NCBI RefSeq assembly: GCF_006345805.1
Contig: NW_021835992.1
Location: 310,430 to 374,429, forward strand
Length of the DNA stretch: 64,000 bases
Source: Octopus sinensis
Lineage: Eukaryota
Reading direction: 5' to 3'
Shown here: piece by piece, positions 51,116 through 63,245 of the stretch
Numbering within the stretch: the stretch's first letter is position 1
Layout of the letters: each line of letters starts with the position of its first letter
Translations under genes and position numbers: made by a program
Notes under the pieces: generated by a model
The model's input: the letters and a program-made list of their open reading frames with translations, nothing else
What the model was told of the DNA's origin: nothing
Databases searched by the model: none

Positions 51116-52445
51116 TCAGATGAACATTTGTATATTCGTCGACATGTAAAGGGGGGACAACCACCTGCGCACTCTGCCCCTCGAGTGACCACATCCTCGC
51201 ATACCCAAACTCATCAACTGTACAACATCACCACAATACTACCAGACGTGACCAAATTACAACTCTCTTCATATTCAAAAATACTCCCCTTTAACTTGGA
51301 AGTAGAATGGCCTCGGAACGTCGACAAAATACGGGAAGGAAAACGCAAATCATAGGAAAACAACTGAGAATCAGATCCACACAGCACTCGAGGACTCGTC
51401 CTTACCTCCAACTGATAGTGCAGAGAACGGACAAGTCTCTTACAATGAAATTCGACACATTTGTGGTTCTCATTACATCTCAAGTCAAAAATCTGTATTT
51501 TCGAGTCACGTGCACTGACCGAGTGAAGAATATGTTGTCCCTTGTCTTAAGGATTGGCTCGTACCTCAAAACCGACTCCGTTGGATCCGTATTTCAGCTT
51601 GACGTCGTTTCCAGCAAAATCGTGGAGTACAACGCAATTCATATGGGCCAGTGCCAATTTATTATTGAAGGACAACGAACGGGCGGGGTCCTCCATCCTG
51701 TGAATTTGCATGTCGGCAACAAGGAGACGGGACTTGTCCAAAACAACGACAATCCACTCCAGTCTGAGTAAAATGACCACGGTGACCAGATCCTCCAAAG
51801 ACTGAGGGGGAGGCGACAGAGGGCAGCCCCCAATGAAACAAACATCCGAGACATAGTTCCCGTAGTAAATGAAATCGATAGGAGGGAACGGATTCACCGT
51901 GAAATCACGGTCGACCGTATAAAAATGAGCGTGATAAGAGTCGTGGTAGAACAGGATGTCTCCGTCGGGGGAAATAAATGTAGAGCCCGCCCTCCACTCT
52001 CGATCTATTTTCTCTCGTTATTTTAGGGGGACCAACTCGGGGCTTTTTGCTTTTCAATGCTCTGGCTGAATTGATAAAGACATTTCCCATAGACATTTCG
52101 TATTCAGATTGGATAATATCATTTACAAATTTTTTAATCTACTATTACTATATGAAACTACCGAAGGATAATGTTTTTGGACGACAGATGAGAGCTTTTC
52201 GGCTTTAAAATTTATGACCTTCCCTGGGTTCACATCTTCAGATTCAACGTCAATCTTGTAGTAGCGATTGGTATCAGGATTAAAAAAGTACCCGTCGAGT
52301 TCTACTTTTTTTTAAAAGATTACTTCGATCAAAGTCAAAGTATGTGTCGGAAACATTTTTGGTGGTGTCATGCAGCAGTGCTCTGTACAAATGATCAGGT
52401 TGTACGCTATCAAATATTTAGTGACCAATACTATAGAGTAGACAT
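51116..52445 (-). CDS. DCAF4: DCAF4/WDR21-like WD40 substrate receptor, multi-exon
   Basis: N-terminal LDGYFFNPDTNRYYKI (cf. PGFYFDPEKNRYF); IFDLR, YDLRFPSRILSTFRGH, YEESCNLVTS|VDEFGYARMWSL; exon borders partly inferred. Confidence 0.72.
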
Positions 52446-53069
52446 GGATATCCCACCACAGTCAATAAAATTTGAGTTTATTTAATAACGTGCAATAATC
52501 AAATTTTATTTGTTTTATTAATAAATTAGACATTAAAAAATGGACTGGTGTTATTCAGTCAGTCGTCGGTTGCTAAAGTCTTTTCAGTTGTTGAGTTCTG
52601 CTGGCTGTCAAACACAAAAGAGCAAGAAAAACGACTTAGATTGTCGAAATCAACTAATTCACTACAATATACTTATTATGAATATTTTCCGAAGATGCCG
52701 TATTAATAAAAAAAATATTTTCCACTCTTGTTGTGTAATCGCATGTCAAAGGAGTCTCGTCTATGTTGCTATTCCTACCAAGTGGAAATTAGCAATCTTT
52801 CGTTTTTTATCACATAGAATTGGAATTCCATATTTTAGTTTAGGTCAGTCTTCAGAACATCACTGTCAAAACCTTTAGAAATATCTCAATGGAAGCGATG
52901 ACTGTTTGTTTTGGCGGTTTTCTCTCATTGAAGCCGTCCAGGACAAATTTAAAGAGTTGTTAGGTTTCGTTTTCCTTTACTGTTTGGAAAGTACACATAT
53001 CAATATGATTGACAAAATTTTAAAACTGATTTGAATCTGAAAAATTTTATCAAATCGAATCTTCCTTTA

Positions 53070-53190
53070 GGGCCGTTGAAATTTGCTTTGATGTCTAATC
53101 CAAAATTGGAAATTTACATATTAATTCATTGTTGATCAGAACGTTGTCTGCTCTTACATCTCCATGAACCAAATTCAGCCGATAAATGTA
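53070..53190 (-). pseudogene. Protein kinase catalytic-loop fragment
   Basis: LVHGDVRADNVLINNELICKF (HRD/DFG region), isolated and degenerate. Confidence 0.45.
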
Positions 53191-53329
53191 ATACATTTCA
53201 CTTGAAAACAAAAACATTATTTATGCTAAAAAATTAGATAAAATTGATGATTATGAATGAGTTTCCATTCTCCCGACCTCAACTATATTTGCAAACTTGC
53301 CGTCATTATTACCGATTACGGATGAAGAG

Positions 53330-53720
53330 ATTATTCAAAGCCATACAACTGCAATGGGCATCAGATATGCTGAAGGTATTGTCGTAGCTGTTGACAGCCG
53401 AATAACTCTGCCGGCCTTTAATTTATCTAACCTCATTCCCCATGAAATTGGGAGGAATTCGGCACGAAGAAAACCGACAGTCCTCTTATGGTCACACCAT
53501 AAGTTAAAGAGTGAGTTAATCTCATATGACCTTCTTATAGCGGTGAGATTTTTGCAATCCAGGATGTGTGTGTCGTCCGTAATGGGAGATTTGTATTCGA
53601 TTGAAGCACGCTAGCGGTGCATTTCTTGTGGTGTCCATTTCTTTTTTGAGACTTAACCAAATATAAGAGCTATTCATCTGGTCAACGTGGCCGCTCTAAT
53701 GGAGTCACCAGATCTGTATT
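53330..53720 (+). pseudogene. Proteasome beta-subunit fragment
   Basis: HTTAMGIRYAEGIVVAVDSRIT resembles the mature N-terminus TT.L...F..GV.VA.DSR; the remainder is broken. Confidence 0.45.
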
Positions 53721-54053
53721 TACATAAAAATCGCCCACAGTAGTCCCTCGGGGTAACACTCCTACGGCTACAAAGCCGGCAGATCCAAAACAATTACACC
53801 ATTTCCAATCCAAAGCGTTGGAATGAGATAAATATTCTCCAATTGAACATCAACGGAATCCAAAACAAATTCATAGAGCTCAAACACTTTATTATCTCAA
53901 ACAACACCGACATTTTCTTAATACAAGAAAGCAAATTAAATGAAAAACACAAAATGCCGGCATTTAAAGTAATGTATACTATTTACTCAATTTAGGTTTT
54001 GACACAGAAAAAAAATATATCAGTTATCCAAAAATTTAGTAATTTAGTAATGA

Positions 54054-54488
54054 GCTTTTGTCTCGTCCGTCTCCTTGAGCTACACACTTGTCATGGAAAT
54101 TCTACGCTCCTTGGATGTGGCTCATTTCAACGAAGTCTGGAGGGAACAAGGTCTTGACTTTCCAGAAAATCGAATGTCTCAACGAGCCTGGGATCGAATT
54201 AGATGCAAGCAAATCTTCAATCTGCTTCTCGAGTCGTCCAACCAACACCGCCGCGCTTGCCTTCTTTCGGCAGCATCCCCGGCTAGTGGAGCTTGGCTTT
54301 GTGCATTCCCGAACATCTGGCACTCTCCTTGACGATGAAGCGGTAAGGATCGGAATCTTTCTGCGCCTTGGACTCAGGCAATGTGTCCCGCACACGTGTC
54401 GTTGTGGCTGCACTGTTGACCCTTTCGGTCTGCATCCTTTATCGTGCAGGAGGAGTGCTGGACGTTTTCCGAGGCCTTCCCGATGTTA
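54054..54488 (+). mobile_element. CRE-like internal fragment (left arm of the inverted duplication)
   Basis: SQRAWD...SGAWLCAFP, LRLGLRQCVPHTCRCG...HPLSCRRSAGRFPR (CCHC knuckle). Confidence 0.85.
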
Positions 54489-54493
54489 ATAAT

Positions 54494-54639
54494 TGTCGTA
54501 TGTCATAAGAACCCGGGTCGTTGATACTGTTCAGTAGCACTTTTGACTAAATTGAAAAAATAAGTCGAAAAATTTTAGTTGGTTAATGTTTTCAAGTGAT
54601 CAGTCGATCTTATCAGCCCGGACACTATGACATACGACA
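54494..54639. mobile_element. 146-bp TG...CA MITE
   Basis: TIR TGTCGTATGTCATA...TATGACATACGACA; 5-bp TSD ATAAT. Confidence 0.88.
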
Positions 54640-56579
54640 ATAATTAATATATATCGGTCTGAATGTAAAATATATAAATTATTGTTGGGTTGATCTATTG
54701 AAATGCCAGTTAAAGTGATAGATAAATGTAATCCAGAACATTCCAAGACAAATTTAATGGTCCCAACGAATTTATTTTTTGATAAAATTCTAACGTATAT
54801 GGAGTAAGACTATTTCCTTAGATCTTCTATTTGAACTAAATTAAGTGATCTGGGACGGGAACACAAACAACAAATAAGCAAAAACCACTGTCAAAGCTTC
54901 TATTTTGAAAAAGAATCCAAGGCCTTTGGTATATCAAAAGAAGGATGTGTTTTCATTCTATACTTATAACTAGGGCAACCAGAAATATGACCTTAAAAAA
55001 GTTAAATATGACCGTAAAAAATATGACTTTATGACTTTAAAATTCTAAAATATAACTTAAAAATATTAAAATATGACCTAAAAAATCAAAATATGACCTA
55101 TCGAATTTTGATTTTTAGATATTCTGAATTTGAAAATATGAAAAAATTAAACATTTCAATCAATGAGTTTATTATAATATTGCATCATATAATATTTAAT
55201 ATTTTCTGGCTTGAAGTTTCTATCCTTTTCGAGCAATTTATTCAGCATAGAAAAGCTTCTTTCTGCAGATATTGATGTTGAAGGACATTTCCATAAGTAA
55301 ATAAATGTTTCTGGAGAAATACTAGAAATTCTAGCATTTTTAATATTCGTCCATGGTAACATACTTATCCGCTTTAAAAAATACTTGTTGATGTTACAAT
55401 TGTCCTCACCAAAATTAACGGAATCAATGAATTCAATTGCATCTTTAATTGTATAAAATTTTTCTTGGCATTTTCTGATTTCATCAATAATAGGGTTGTA
55501 TGAAGCCATTAACTCTGCCAGATTTTTCTCCAAATTTTCAGAGCTAACAGCATTTTTCGCATTCATCACAATCTTTCACAATTTGGATAGGATAAGACAA
55601 TTTTGCGAACTCTTGAAAGATGTCGACTATAATATTTTGCTGCGTCCAACCAGCTGCCCCATCTTGTTAGAACAACATCAGGTGGAAGTCCAATAACTGT
55701 AAAAAGACTCCTCCGGGAGGGATTTTTTACAATCGACATTTTGATAGACGAGATTAAGTCGTCAATATATTTATAATGTGCTCTAATCTTTAATGCACAA
55801 TTGTGCAGAAGATGAGCAAAACAAGTTATATGAATCATTTTAATATACACAATCTTCAATGTACTCGCTGCTAAAGTCATATAACGGGCAGCATCAGAAA
55901 TAAATAATAATAAATTTTCCCTTTTTATATCATAAATTCGAATTGTGTCATCCGCAATTCTACAAATTGCAGATGCATCACAAATTTCAATTTCCAAACA
56001 ATTTAATAAATAAATTTTTTCAGGACTTTCAATAGTCCCACAAAAAACGTTAACAAATTTCTGTTTATTGATTTCCGTTTCATCAACAAGTATTAATACA
56101 GTAAAACCTCTCGAATCCGCCGATTTTGGTTGCTAAATAATGGAAATTGTTTTAAAAACAATTTCATCTCGAATATTTTTGAAGGTTTTATTTAATATAT
56201 AAAAATAAAATGTCATCGTTTGGGACCGATCAAAAAATCGCCGGATTCGAGAGGCAATTTAAATAATATTTTATAGTTGAAACATGAACTTACAATATAG
56301 ATTAAGTATTTCTTTTTATATACAAATGACTGAATACATAAAATTATTTATATTCAAAAAAATCAGAAATTTTATTTTTTTTAATCGATTTTCTTAACAT
56401 TTCCCCAATTCTCATAATATTTTAACGTTTCATGATCATCTATATCTGCATTTACCTGAGAAGCATAAGTTTTAATAATCTCTAGAGCTCTGAAGGCTTC
56501 TGAGAGATCAACTTTTTTCTCATTTGAATTCCTCTTCAATAATTGTTTCCTAAGTATAATCTTAATAATAAAATGGTAT

Positions 56580-56650
56580 GGTGTGTGTCTGTCTGTCTGT
56601 CTGTGTGTCCTGTCTGTCCTGTCTGTCTGTCTGTGTCTGTCTGTCTGTGC
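56580..56650 (+). repeat. (TGTC/TGTG)n microsatellite at the Helitron 5' end; shorter copy at 56937-56972
   Basis: Direct reading of the sequence. Confidence 0.85.
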
Positions 56651-57119
56651 ACACCCACATTCAAATTGTTACAAACCAGATCAAATTGTCAAACCTTCCC
56701 TTTTGTTTATTCGATAATGAGGCACAATAAAAGGTTGATATCCTCTAAGAACCTTCCTGTCAAAAAATTTAATAAGAAAGAATATCCTCGACGATGAGGT
56801 CCCCCAAAACCTTCAGTCAAAAAATTAAAAACAAATTATTTTCTGCGTTTTTGTTAAAATGAACAATAAGAAAGTCCTCGACTCACATGGTGTGGTCCCC
56901 CAAAACCTTCGAGCTCTTAATAATAAAATGGTATGGTGTGTGTCTGTCTATGTGTCTGTCTGTCTGTCTGTGCACACCCACATTCAAATTGTTACAAACC
57001 AGATCAATTGTCAAACCTTCCCTTTTGTAGTTATTCGATAATGAGGCACAATAAAAGGTTGATATCCTCTAAGAACCGTCCTGTCAAAAATTTTAATAAG
57101 AAAGAATATCCTCGATGAT

Positions 57120-58000
57120 GAGGTCCCCCAAAACCTTCAAGCCAAAAAATTAAAAAAAATTATTTTCTGCGTTTTTGTTAAAATGAACAACAAGAAAGTC
57201 CTCGACTCACATGATGTGGTCCCCCAAAACCTTCAAGCCAAAAAATTAAAAAAATTATTTTCTGCGTTTTTGTTAAAATGAACAACAAGAAAGTCCTCGA
57301 CTCACATGATGTGGTCCCCCAAAACCTTCAAGCCAAAAAATTAAAAAAATTATTTTCTGCGTTTTTGTTAAAATGAACAACAAGAAAGTCCTCGACTCAC
57401 ATGATGTGGTCCCCCAAAACCTTCAAGCCAAAAAATTAAAAAAAATTATTTTCTGCGTTTTTGTTAAAATGAACAACAAGAAGTCCTCGACTCACATGAT
57501 GTGGTCCCCCAAAACCTTCAAGCAAAAAATTAAAAAAATTATTTTCTGCGTTTTTGTTAAAATGAACAACAAGAAAGTCCTCGACTCACATGATGTGGTC
57601 CCCCAAAACCTTCAAGCCAAAAAATTAAAAAAAATTATTTTCTGCGTTTTTGTTAAAATGAACAACAAGAAAGTCCTCGACTCACATGATGTGGTCCCCC
57701 AAAACCTTCAAGCTAAAAAATTAAAAAAATTATTTTCTGCGTTTTTGTTAAAATGACCAACAAGAAAGTCCTCGACTCACATGATGTGGTCCCCCAAAAC
57801 CTTCAAGCCAAAAAATTAAAAAAAAATATTTTCTGCGTTTTTGTTAAAATGAACAACAAAAAGTCCTCGACTCACATGATGTGGTCCCCCAAAACCTTCA
57901 AGCCAAAAAATTAAAAAAAAAATTTTTTCTGCGTTTTTGTTAAAATGAACGACAAGAAAGTCCTCGACTCACATGATGAGGTCCTCCACAACCTTCAAGC
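57120..58000 (+). repeat. Tandem array of ~95-bp units (9 full plus a partial; a further unit at ~56799-56893)
   Basis: GTCCCCC unit starts at 57123, 57219, 57314, 57409, 57504, 57598, 57694, 57789 and 57884, with a degenerate start at 57981. Confidence 0.95.
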
Positions 58001-58636
58001 CTCGTGGAGGCCATTAATTAGCTTAGCTATCTTTTTTCGATGACATAAATTCTTTTTTGTTAAATTTTCGTTAAAAAAATAAAATAAAAGCTCTAATTGT
58101 TATCGACCATGAATAGACTGTGCAATTATCAGATTTTGAAAACCACTAAAAAGGAAAAAGCAAAAATTATTAGAGATTTACATAATTGATTCTTTTTAAC
58201 TGCCGAAACTGACAAATTCGATTATGCTACTGTTTAGTTTCTTTAAAAGATAGAGGCAAATAAAATTTAAATTAGTCATGTAAATTTCAATTTGCCTATA
58301 TTTAAATCTCCTTGATTTAACAGGCTTTAATTTTTTTCCTTATAATACTACAAAGATGAAGCTGATTATCATTTTCTTTACCGAAACAGACAAGTTCGAT
58401 TATGCTAAAGTTTCAATTCCTTTAAACATAGAGGCAATTAAGTATAATGGCTTTGATTGGATAATACACTTTACATAAATTTCACTAAATAAATTTACGT
58501 AGAAAATTTAATATAAATTACTGATTCGCGTTTACAAAATCATAAGAATGTCCTATAAAGAGAGATCTGAGAATGTTAACAAACAAGAGAATATGAACCA
58601 TATAACAAAAAAAGAAACGAGGGAAGATGTGCTTAA

Positions 58637-59517
58637 ATGGTGAGGGAACTTAGACAACAGCTGAACAAGGTCAGGACTGCTGTTAGACTCAACTACGGTA
58701 ATAGAATTATGCATTCTAGGTTAATTGTTTGGGATGAATGTACGATGGCTCATAAAGGCGCATTCAAGCAGTTGACCGAACATATAGAGATATCAAGAAT
58801 TGTAGCGACCATTTGTTTGGGGGAGCATTAGTTGTATTGGCAGGTGATTTTAGACAGACGCTGCCAATTATTCAAAGAGGGACGCCTGCGGATGAATTGA
58901 ATGCCTGCCTCAAATCGTCATATTTGTGGACACACGTGAAAAAGGTAAGCTTAGATGTAAATGTACATGCACATTTACAAGGCGTTAATAGCATATTCCC
59001 ACAAATCCTTCTAGATATTGGAAATGGGGCAATCACTTCAGAAATGCACGACCAGAAAATTAGGCTACCGGAAGAATTATGTATTTTCGTAGAAACAGCA
59101 GAAGAATTATTGAATGCCGTCTATTCCGAACTATCTGAACACTACGTGAATTTCGACTGGCTGCGTGAACGAGCTATATTAGCTCCACTTAATGATGAGG
59201 TACTTAATATAAATTTAGATTTATTAATGAAAATCCCTGGCAGAGAAAGAATATATAAATCGGTCGACGTTATTATGGACCATGAAAGGGCCTGCGATAG
59301 ATTTAAGAGACTACAATTTCCGCTGAAGATAAGTTTTGCTATGACAATAAACAAGGCCCAGGGACAGTCTTTAAAGGTAGTAGGCTTATTTTTAGAGAAC
59401 GAGTGCTTTTCACATGGCCAGCTGTATGTGGGGTGCTCAAGGGTAGGTAGAAGAGAAATTTATTTATATTTGCCAAGGATGGACGGACTGCAAACATCGT
59501 TTATCCACAGGCCTTAG
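58637..59517 (+). pseudogene. Helitron PIF1-like helicase remnant
   Basis: LIVWDECTM, FGGALVVLAGDFRQTLPII, RLQFPLKISFAMTINKAQGQSL, FSHGQLYVGCSRV; frameshifted; no Rep domain seen. Confidence 0.9.
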
Positions 59518-61753
59518 AATAAGGTTATATCAAAGCAGGTCGCATTTATATATCTACATAAATTTATAGTTATTTAAGGAAACTGCGAGCGTAGCGAGCA
59601 GGGCCTCCGCAGGAGCTAGCTCGCAGTGAGCGAAGCGAACTGCTGAGCTAGTTATTAAATAAAATCACTAACTGATTGAACTTTTTTTGACTGTAATGTA
59701 CCAGCTTGTTCAGATTTGTCTAAAAATTCGATTAGCTCTTCATTTTCAGTATATCCGTAATCAACAAATTCACTATGAGATATTGGATCTTCAATTTGAA
59801 ATTTCTTAATTATTTCTTCATAATTATTTTCGTAGTTCTTAGATTCACTGTTGATTGTGATTGTTTCACATTTTATCCATTGTGCATGACGGAAACAATT
59901 TTTGATGGTCGTAGGAGTAACTTTATTCCAAGCGAAGAATGTTAATGTCTCAGCAGTTTTAAGGGTGATTCCGTTAATTGCATTCTGACAATTTTCCCCT
60001 GCCTCAACCTTTTCGATTATATCATTTATTTTCAAATTGGTAAATTCGGCTTTAAAGCATTTTATAATTCCTTGATCCATTGGTTGCAAGAGCGAGGATG
60101 TTCTAGAAGGCAAAAAAAGAATTTCAATTGAGTTTAACGTGACAATAATTTGATGAGATGGACATTCTATTACAAGTAGAATTTTTCTTTTTTTCTTCGC
60201 AAGTTCACAATCAAAATCACTGAGCCACTTGTTAAAAATTTCACGGTTCATCCATGCCTTATTGGAATGGGTGTAGGTAACATATTTTCCAATGTTGAAA
60301 TTTTTAAAACACCTTGGACTTTTGAATCTTCCTATCATTACAGGCCTTCTTTTATCGGAACCAGAACAATTTGCGCATAATAGTAACGAAAATCGATCCT
60401 TTGACAACTTTATTCCAGGCCGTGATTTAATGCACACACTTTTGGAAGGAATCACCTTGTAAAAAACACCAGTTTCATCTGCATTATAAACATTGTCCAA
60501 TCCATATTGTTCAATTTTTAAACTCATTGTTTCATTAAAATCAGTAATAGATTTTTCATCATGATTTACTAATCCACTGTCTCCGTGAAATTTTCTTAAC
60601 TTGACACCATTTCGTAATTTAAACTTTTCTGGCCACCCACGACTTGCTTTAAATTCTGGAAAATTTTTTCCAAATTTAAGAGCTTTTGTAATTAACATCG
60701 AATCTGATAGAATTGCTCCACTAGATTCCATTAAGTTAATCCATGTTATCATCGCTACATCATTTTATTAAATTTGAGTTTTGGAATTCTCGTTATGTTT
60801 AATTTTTTGATGTCAGTCCTATTCAAAAGGTCCGATTTTGATTTAAGGTCGTTTATAGTTCTGGGAGAAATTTTCTTTTTAAACCGTGAAGAAAAAATCC
60901 TGGAAATTTGAGGTGCAGAAACGAATGGGTTGTCAGAAATATAACGTAGTATAGAAATTTTTTCGTTGATAGAAAGTCTAACACAACGACGCCTCACAAA
61001 AATACAATTTAACGTGTAATGAGAATTTTAAAATGTTAATTAATTTAACATACAATTAGATAAAAAAATTATTTTTCATAATACTTGAGGAGCGGATTCG
61101 AGAAACAAGCGGATTCAAGAATCATTTATAGGAAATTTCAAATTTTTGATTAAAACAAGCGGATTCGAGAAGCAGGGATTCGAGAGGTTTCACTGTTATC
61201 TTTCCAGTTAAAGAGGTATATTCGCCTTCGTCATCATTTTGACTAAGCAAATTCCGAAATTTTTCTTTGCTTCAAGTTTCGGAAGAGTGTTGAGTTGCGT
61301 TTGAAATTTTGTCTGTTTCTTTTTATGCCGGGTAGTTTCCCTGTGCTGCACCACATTAAACGTTTTCCTAAAATTAACAAAAACTGAGCATTTCAAACAA
61401 AATAAACGTCCAGCTGAATCAATCTGAAATTCAGACGGGTATCGTTTAATTATTTTATTTAACTTTTGATTGTTAGATTGCTTTTGTTTCGGCATGTAAA
61501 AATCTATAATATTTAAGCGGCCAACTACCAAAACGGTGAAAAACGTGTTATTGTCAAAATTTAAACAAAGATTAATAAAAATATATGATTTAATAAATAT
61601 GACCTAACAAAAAAAATATGACCTAAAAAATAATATGACTAACGGCATAAAATATGACCTATAAGACCTAAAAAATTAATAAAACTATTAAAAAATATAA
61701 TAATAGTTTATTAATTATAGAAATAACATCAATATGACCAATAAAAAATAATA

Positions 61754-63245
61754 TGTCACATGGGCGACTATGTCGCTATGGGCAGCCAGTCCTTTTACGT
61801 GTTTCTATGGAAACCGCAGAAAAGGTATTAAATATTGAATATAGCAATTTATATATGGAAGAGTGTAGATTAATCAATTATTCTAATTAAAAATTACATT
61901 TGAATTATCTTTTAAAAATGGCTTACCCAAAAGTATATTAATTTTAACAGCGTGGTCTCTCACATTTTGTGATGTCTGGGTTTAAGGGTTACGTCAGAAA
62001 TATTAACGAATACAATCAAATTAAAGAAACGTTAATCGGGATATTCCCTGAGGATATGAATGCTCGAAGCAAACACCGGTTGGCCAAAAAAGCTTCCAAT
62101 TTTTGTCAATACAATCAAATTAAGGAAACGTTAATCGGGATATTCCCTGAGGATATGAATGCTCGAAGCAAACACCGGTTGGCCAAAAAAGCTTCCAATT
62201 TTTGTCAAAAATGTCTGAAGAATCGTCAGCAGAAACATCATTTAATTTCGAGTTAGGGTTAAGGTTAGGGTTCAGATTTTGAATATATTTATGTTGTCAC
62301 TTGCCAACGTTAGGGTTTAGGTTAAGGTTAGGGTTCAGATTTTGAATATATTTATGTTGTCACTTGCCAACGTTAGGGTTAAGGTTAGGGTTCAGATTTT
62401 GAATATATTTATGTTGTCATTTGCCAACGTTAGGGTTTAGGTTAAGGTTAGGGTTCAGATTTTGAATATATTTATGTTGTCACTTGCCAACGTTAGGGTT
62501 TAGGTTAAGGTTAGGGTTCAGATTTTGAATATATTTATGTTGTCATTTGCCAACGTTAGGGTTTGGGTTAAGGTTAGGATTCAGATTTTGAATATATTTA
62601 TGTTGTCATTTGCCAACGTTAGGGTTAAGGTTAGGATTCAGATTTTGAATATATTTATGTTGTCACTTGCCAACGTTAGGGTCTAGGTTAAGGTTAGGAT
62701 TCAGATTTTGAATATATTTATGTTGTCACTTGCCAACGTTAGGGTTTGGGTTAAGGTTAGGATTCAGATTTTGAATATATTTATGTTGTCACTTGCCAAC
62801 GTTAGGGTTAAGGTTAGGATTCAGATTTTGAATATATTTATGTTGTCACTTGCCAACGTTAGGGTTAAGGTTAGGATTCAGATTTTGAATATATTTATGT
62901 TGTCATTTGCCAACGTTAGAATTTGGGTTAAGGTTAGAGTTAAAGTTGTTACAAACTTTGCAAAAAATTTGATGTAAATTATAATTTGCTAATTTTGCAA
63001 TTTATATTATCAAAAATAAAAATAATTCACATTATAATTTGCTAATGTTGTAAATAATTTTACTATTTTAAAGCAAGCATGGTTCAAATATAAAACATCA
63101 TTTTCTCAAAAATTTAAAGTTCAATCATTAGTTCGGATCGTTTGTGTTTATATTAGTTGGCCTTTTAGTAAATATTTGCTATGTAGTTGCCATGGAAACA
63201 CGTAAAGGCCAGGTTGCCCATAGGGGTCTGATCACCCATGTGACA
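61754..63245 (+). mobile_element. Non-autonomous Ginger2/TDD-like element inside the hAT subterminal region
   Basis: ~60-bp imperfect TIR TGTCACATGGG...CTATGGGCA.CC...CCTTTACGTGTTTC.ATGG.AAC; 5-bp TSD TAATA; removal restores an AATATGAC subterminal repeat; internal ORF YNQIKETLIGIFPEDM...KHRLAKKASNF resembles integrase N-termini. Confidence 0.85.
62252..62945 (+). repeat. Telomere-like satellite: 11 units of 57 or 63 bp
   Basis: GTTAGGG(TTTAGG)TTAAGGTTAGG(G/A)TTCAGATTTTGAATATATTTATGTTGTCA(C/T)TTGCCAAC. Confidence 0.95.

Larger units (their letters stand above)
54054..54767. repeat. ~715-bp inverted segmental duplication; partner 63278-63989
   Basis: Near-identical reverse complement comprising the CRE fragment, the MITE and AT-rich flank; the partner starts exactly at the hAT right TIR. 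Confidence 0.92.
56560..59651 (+). mobile_element. Non-autonomous Helitron inside the Tigger
   Basis: A|TCTTAATAATAAAA 5' end followed by a (TGTC)n tract; 3' GCGAAGC hairpin and CTAG|T; inserted between A and T with no TSD. Confidence 0.85.
56099..61195 (-). mobile_element. Tigger/pogo transposon inside the hAT, interrupted by a Helitron
   Basis: TIRs CAGTAAAACCTCTCGAATCC / GATTCGAGAGGTTTCACTG; ORFs 60755-60997 and 59655-60752 (YNADETG, LQPMDQGIIKCFK); C-terminal remnant at ~56400-56559. Confidence 0.9.

Noticed and set aside
51307-51771. 154-aa plus-strand ORF as a gene
   Set aside because: It is an antisense shadow of the DCAF4-like gene on the minus strand, which has recognisable family motifs.
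57373-57756. ORF 57373-57756 (and ORF 62708-62977) as repeat proteins
   Set aside because: These are chance open frames across the non-coding tandem arrays; unit lengths vary by single-base indels in the first array.
57120-62945. The two tandem arrays as CRISPR-like repeat-spacer loci
   Set aside because: Units are nearly identical end to end with no unique spacers, there are no cas genes, and the DNA is eukaryotic.
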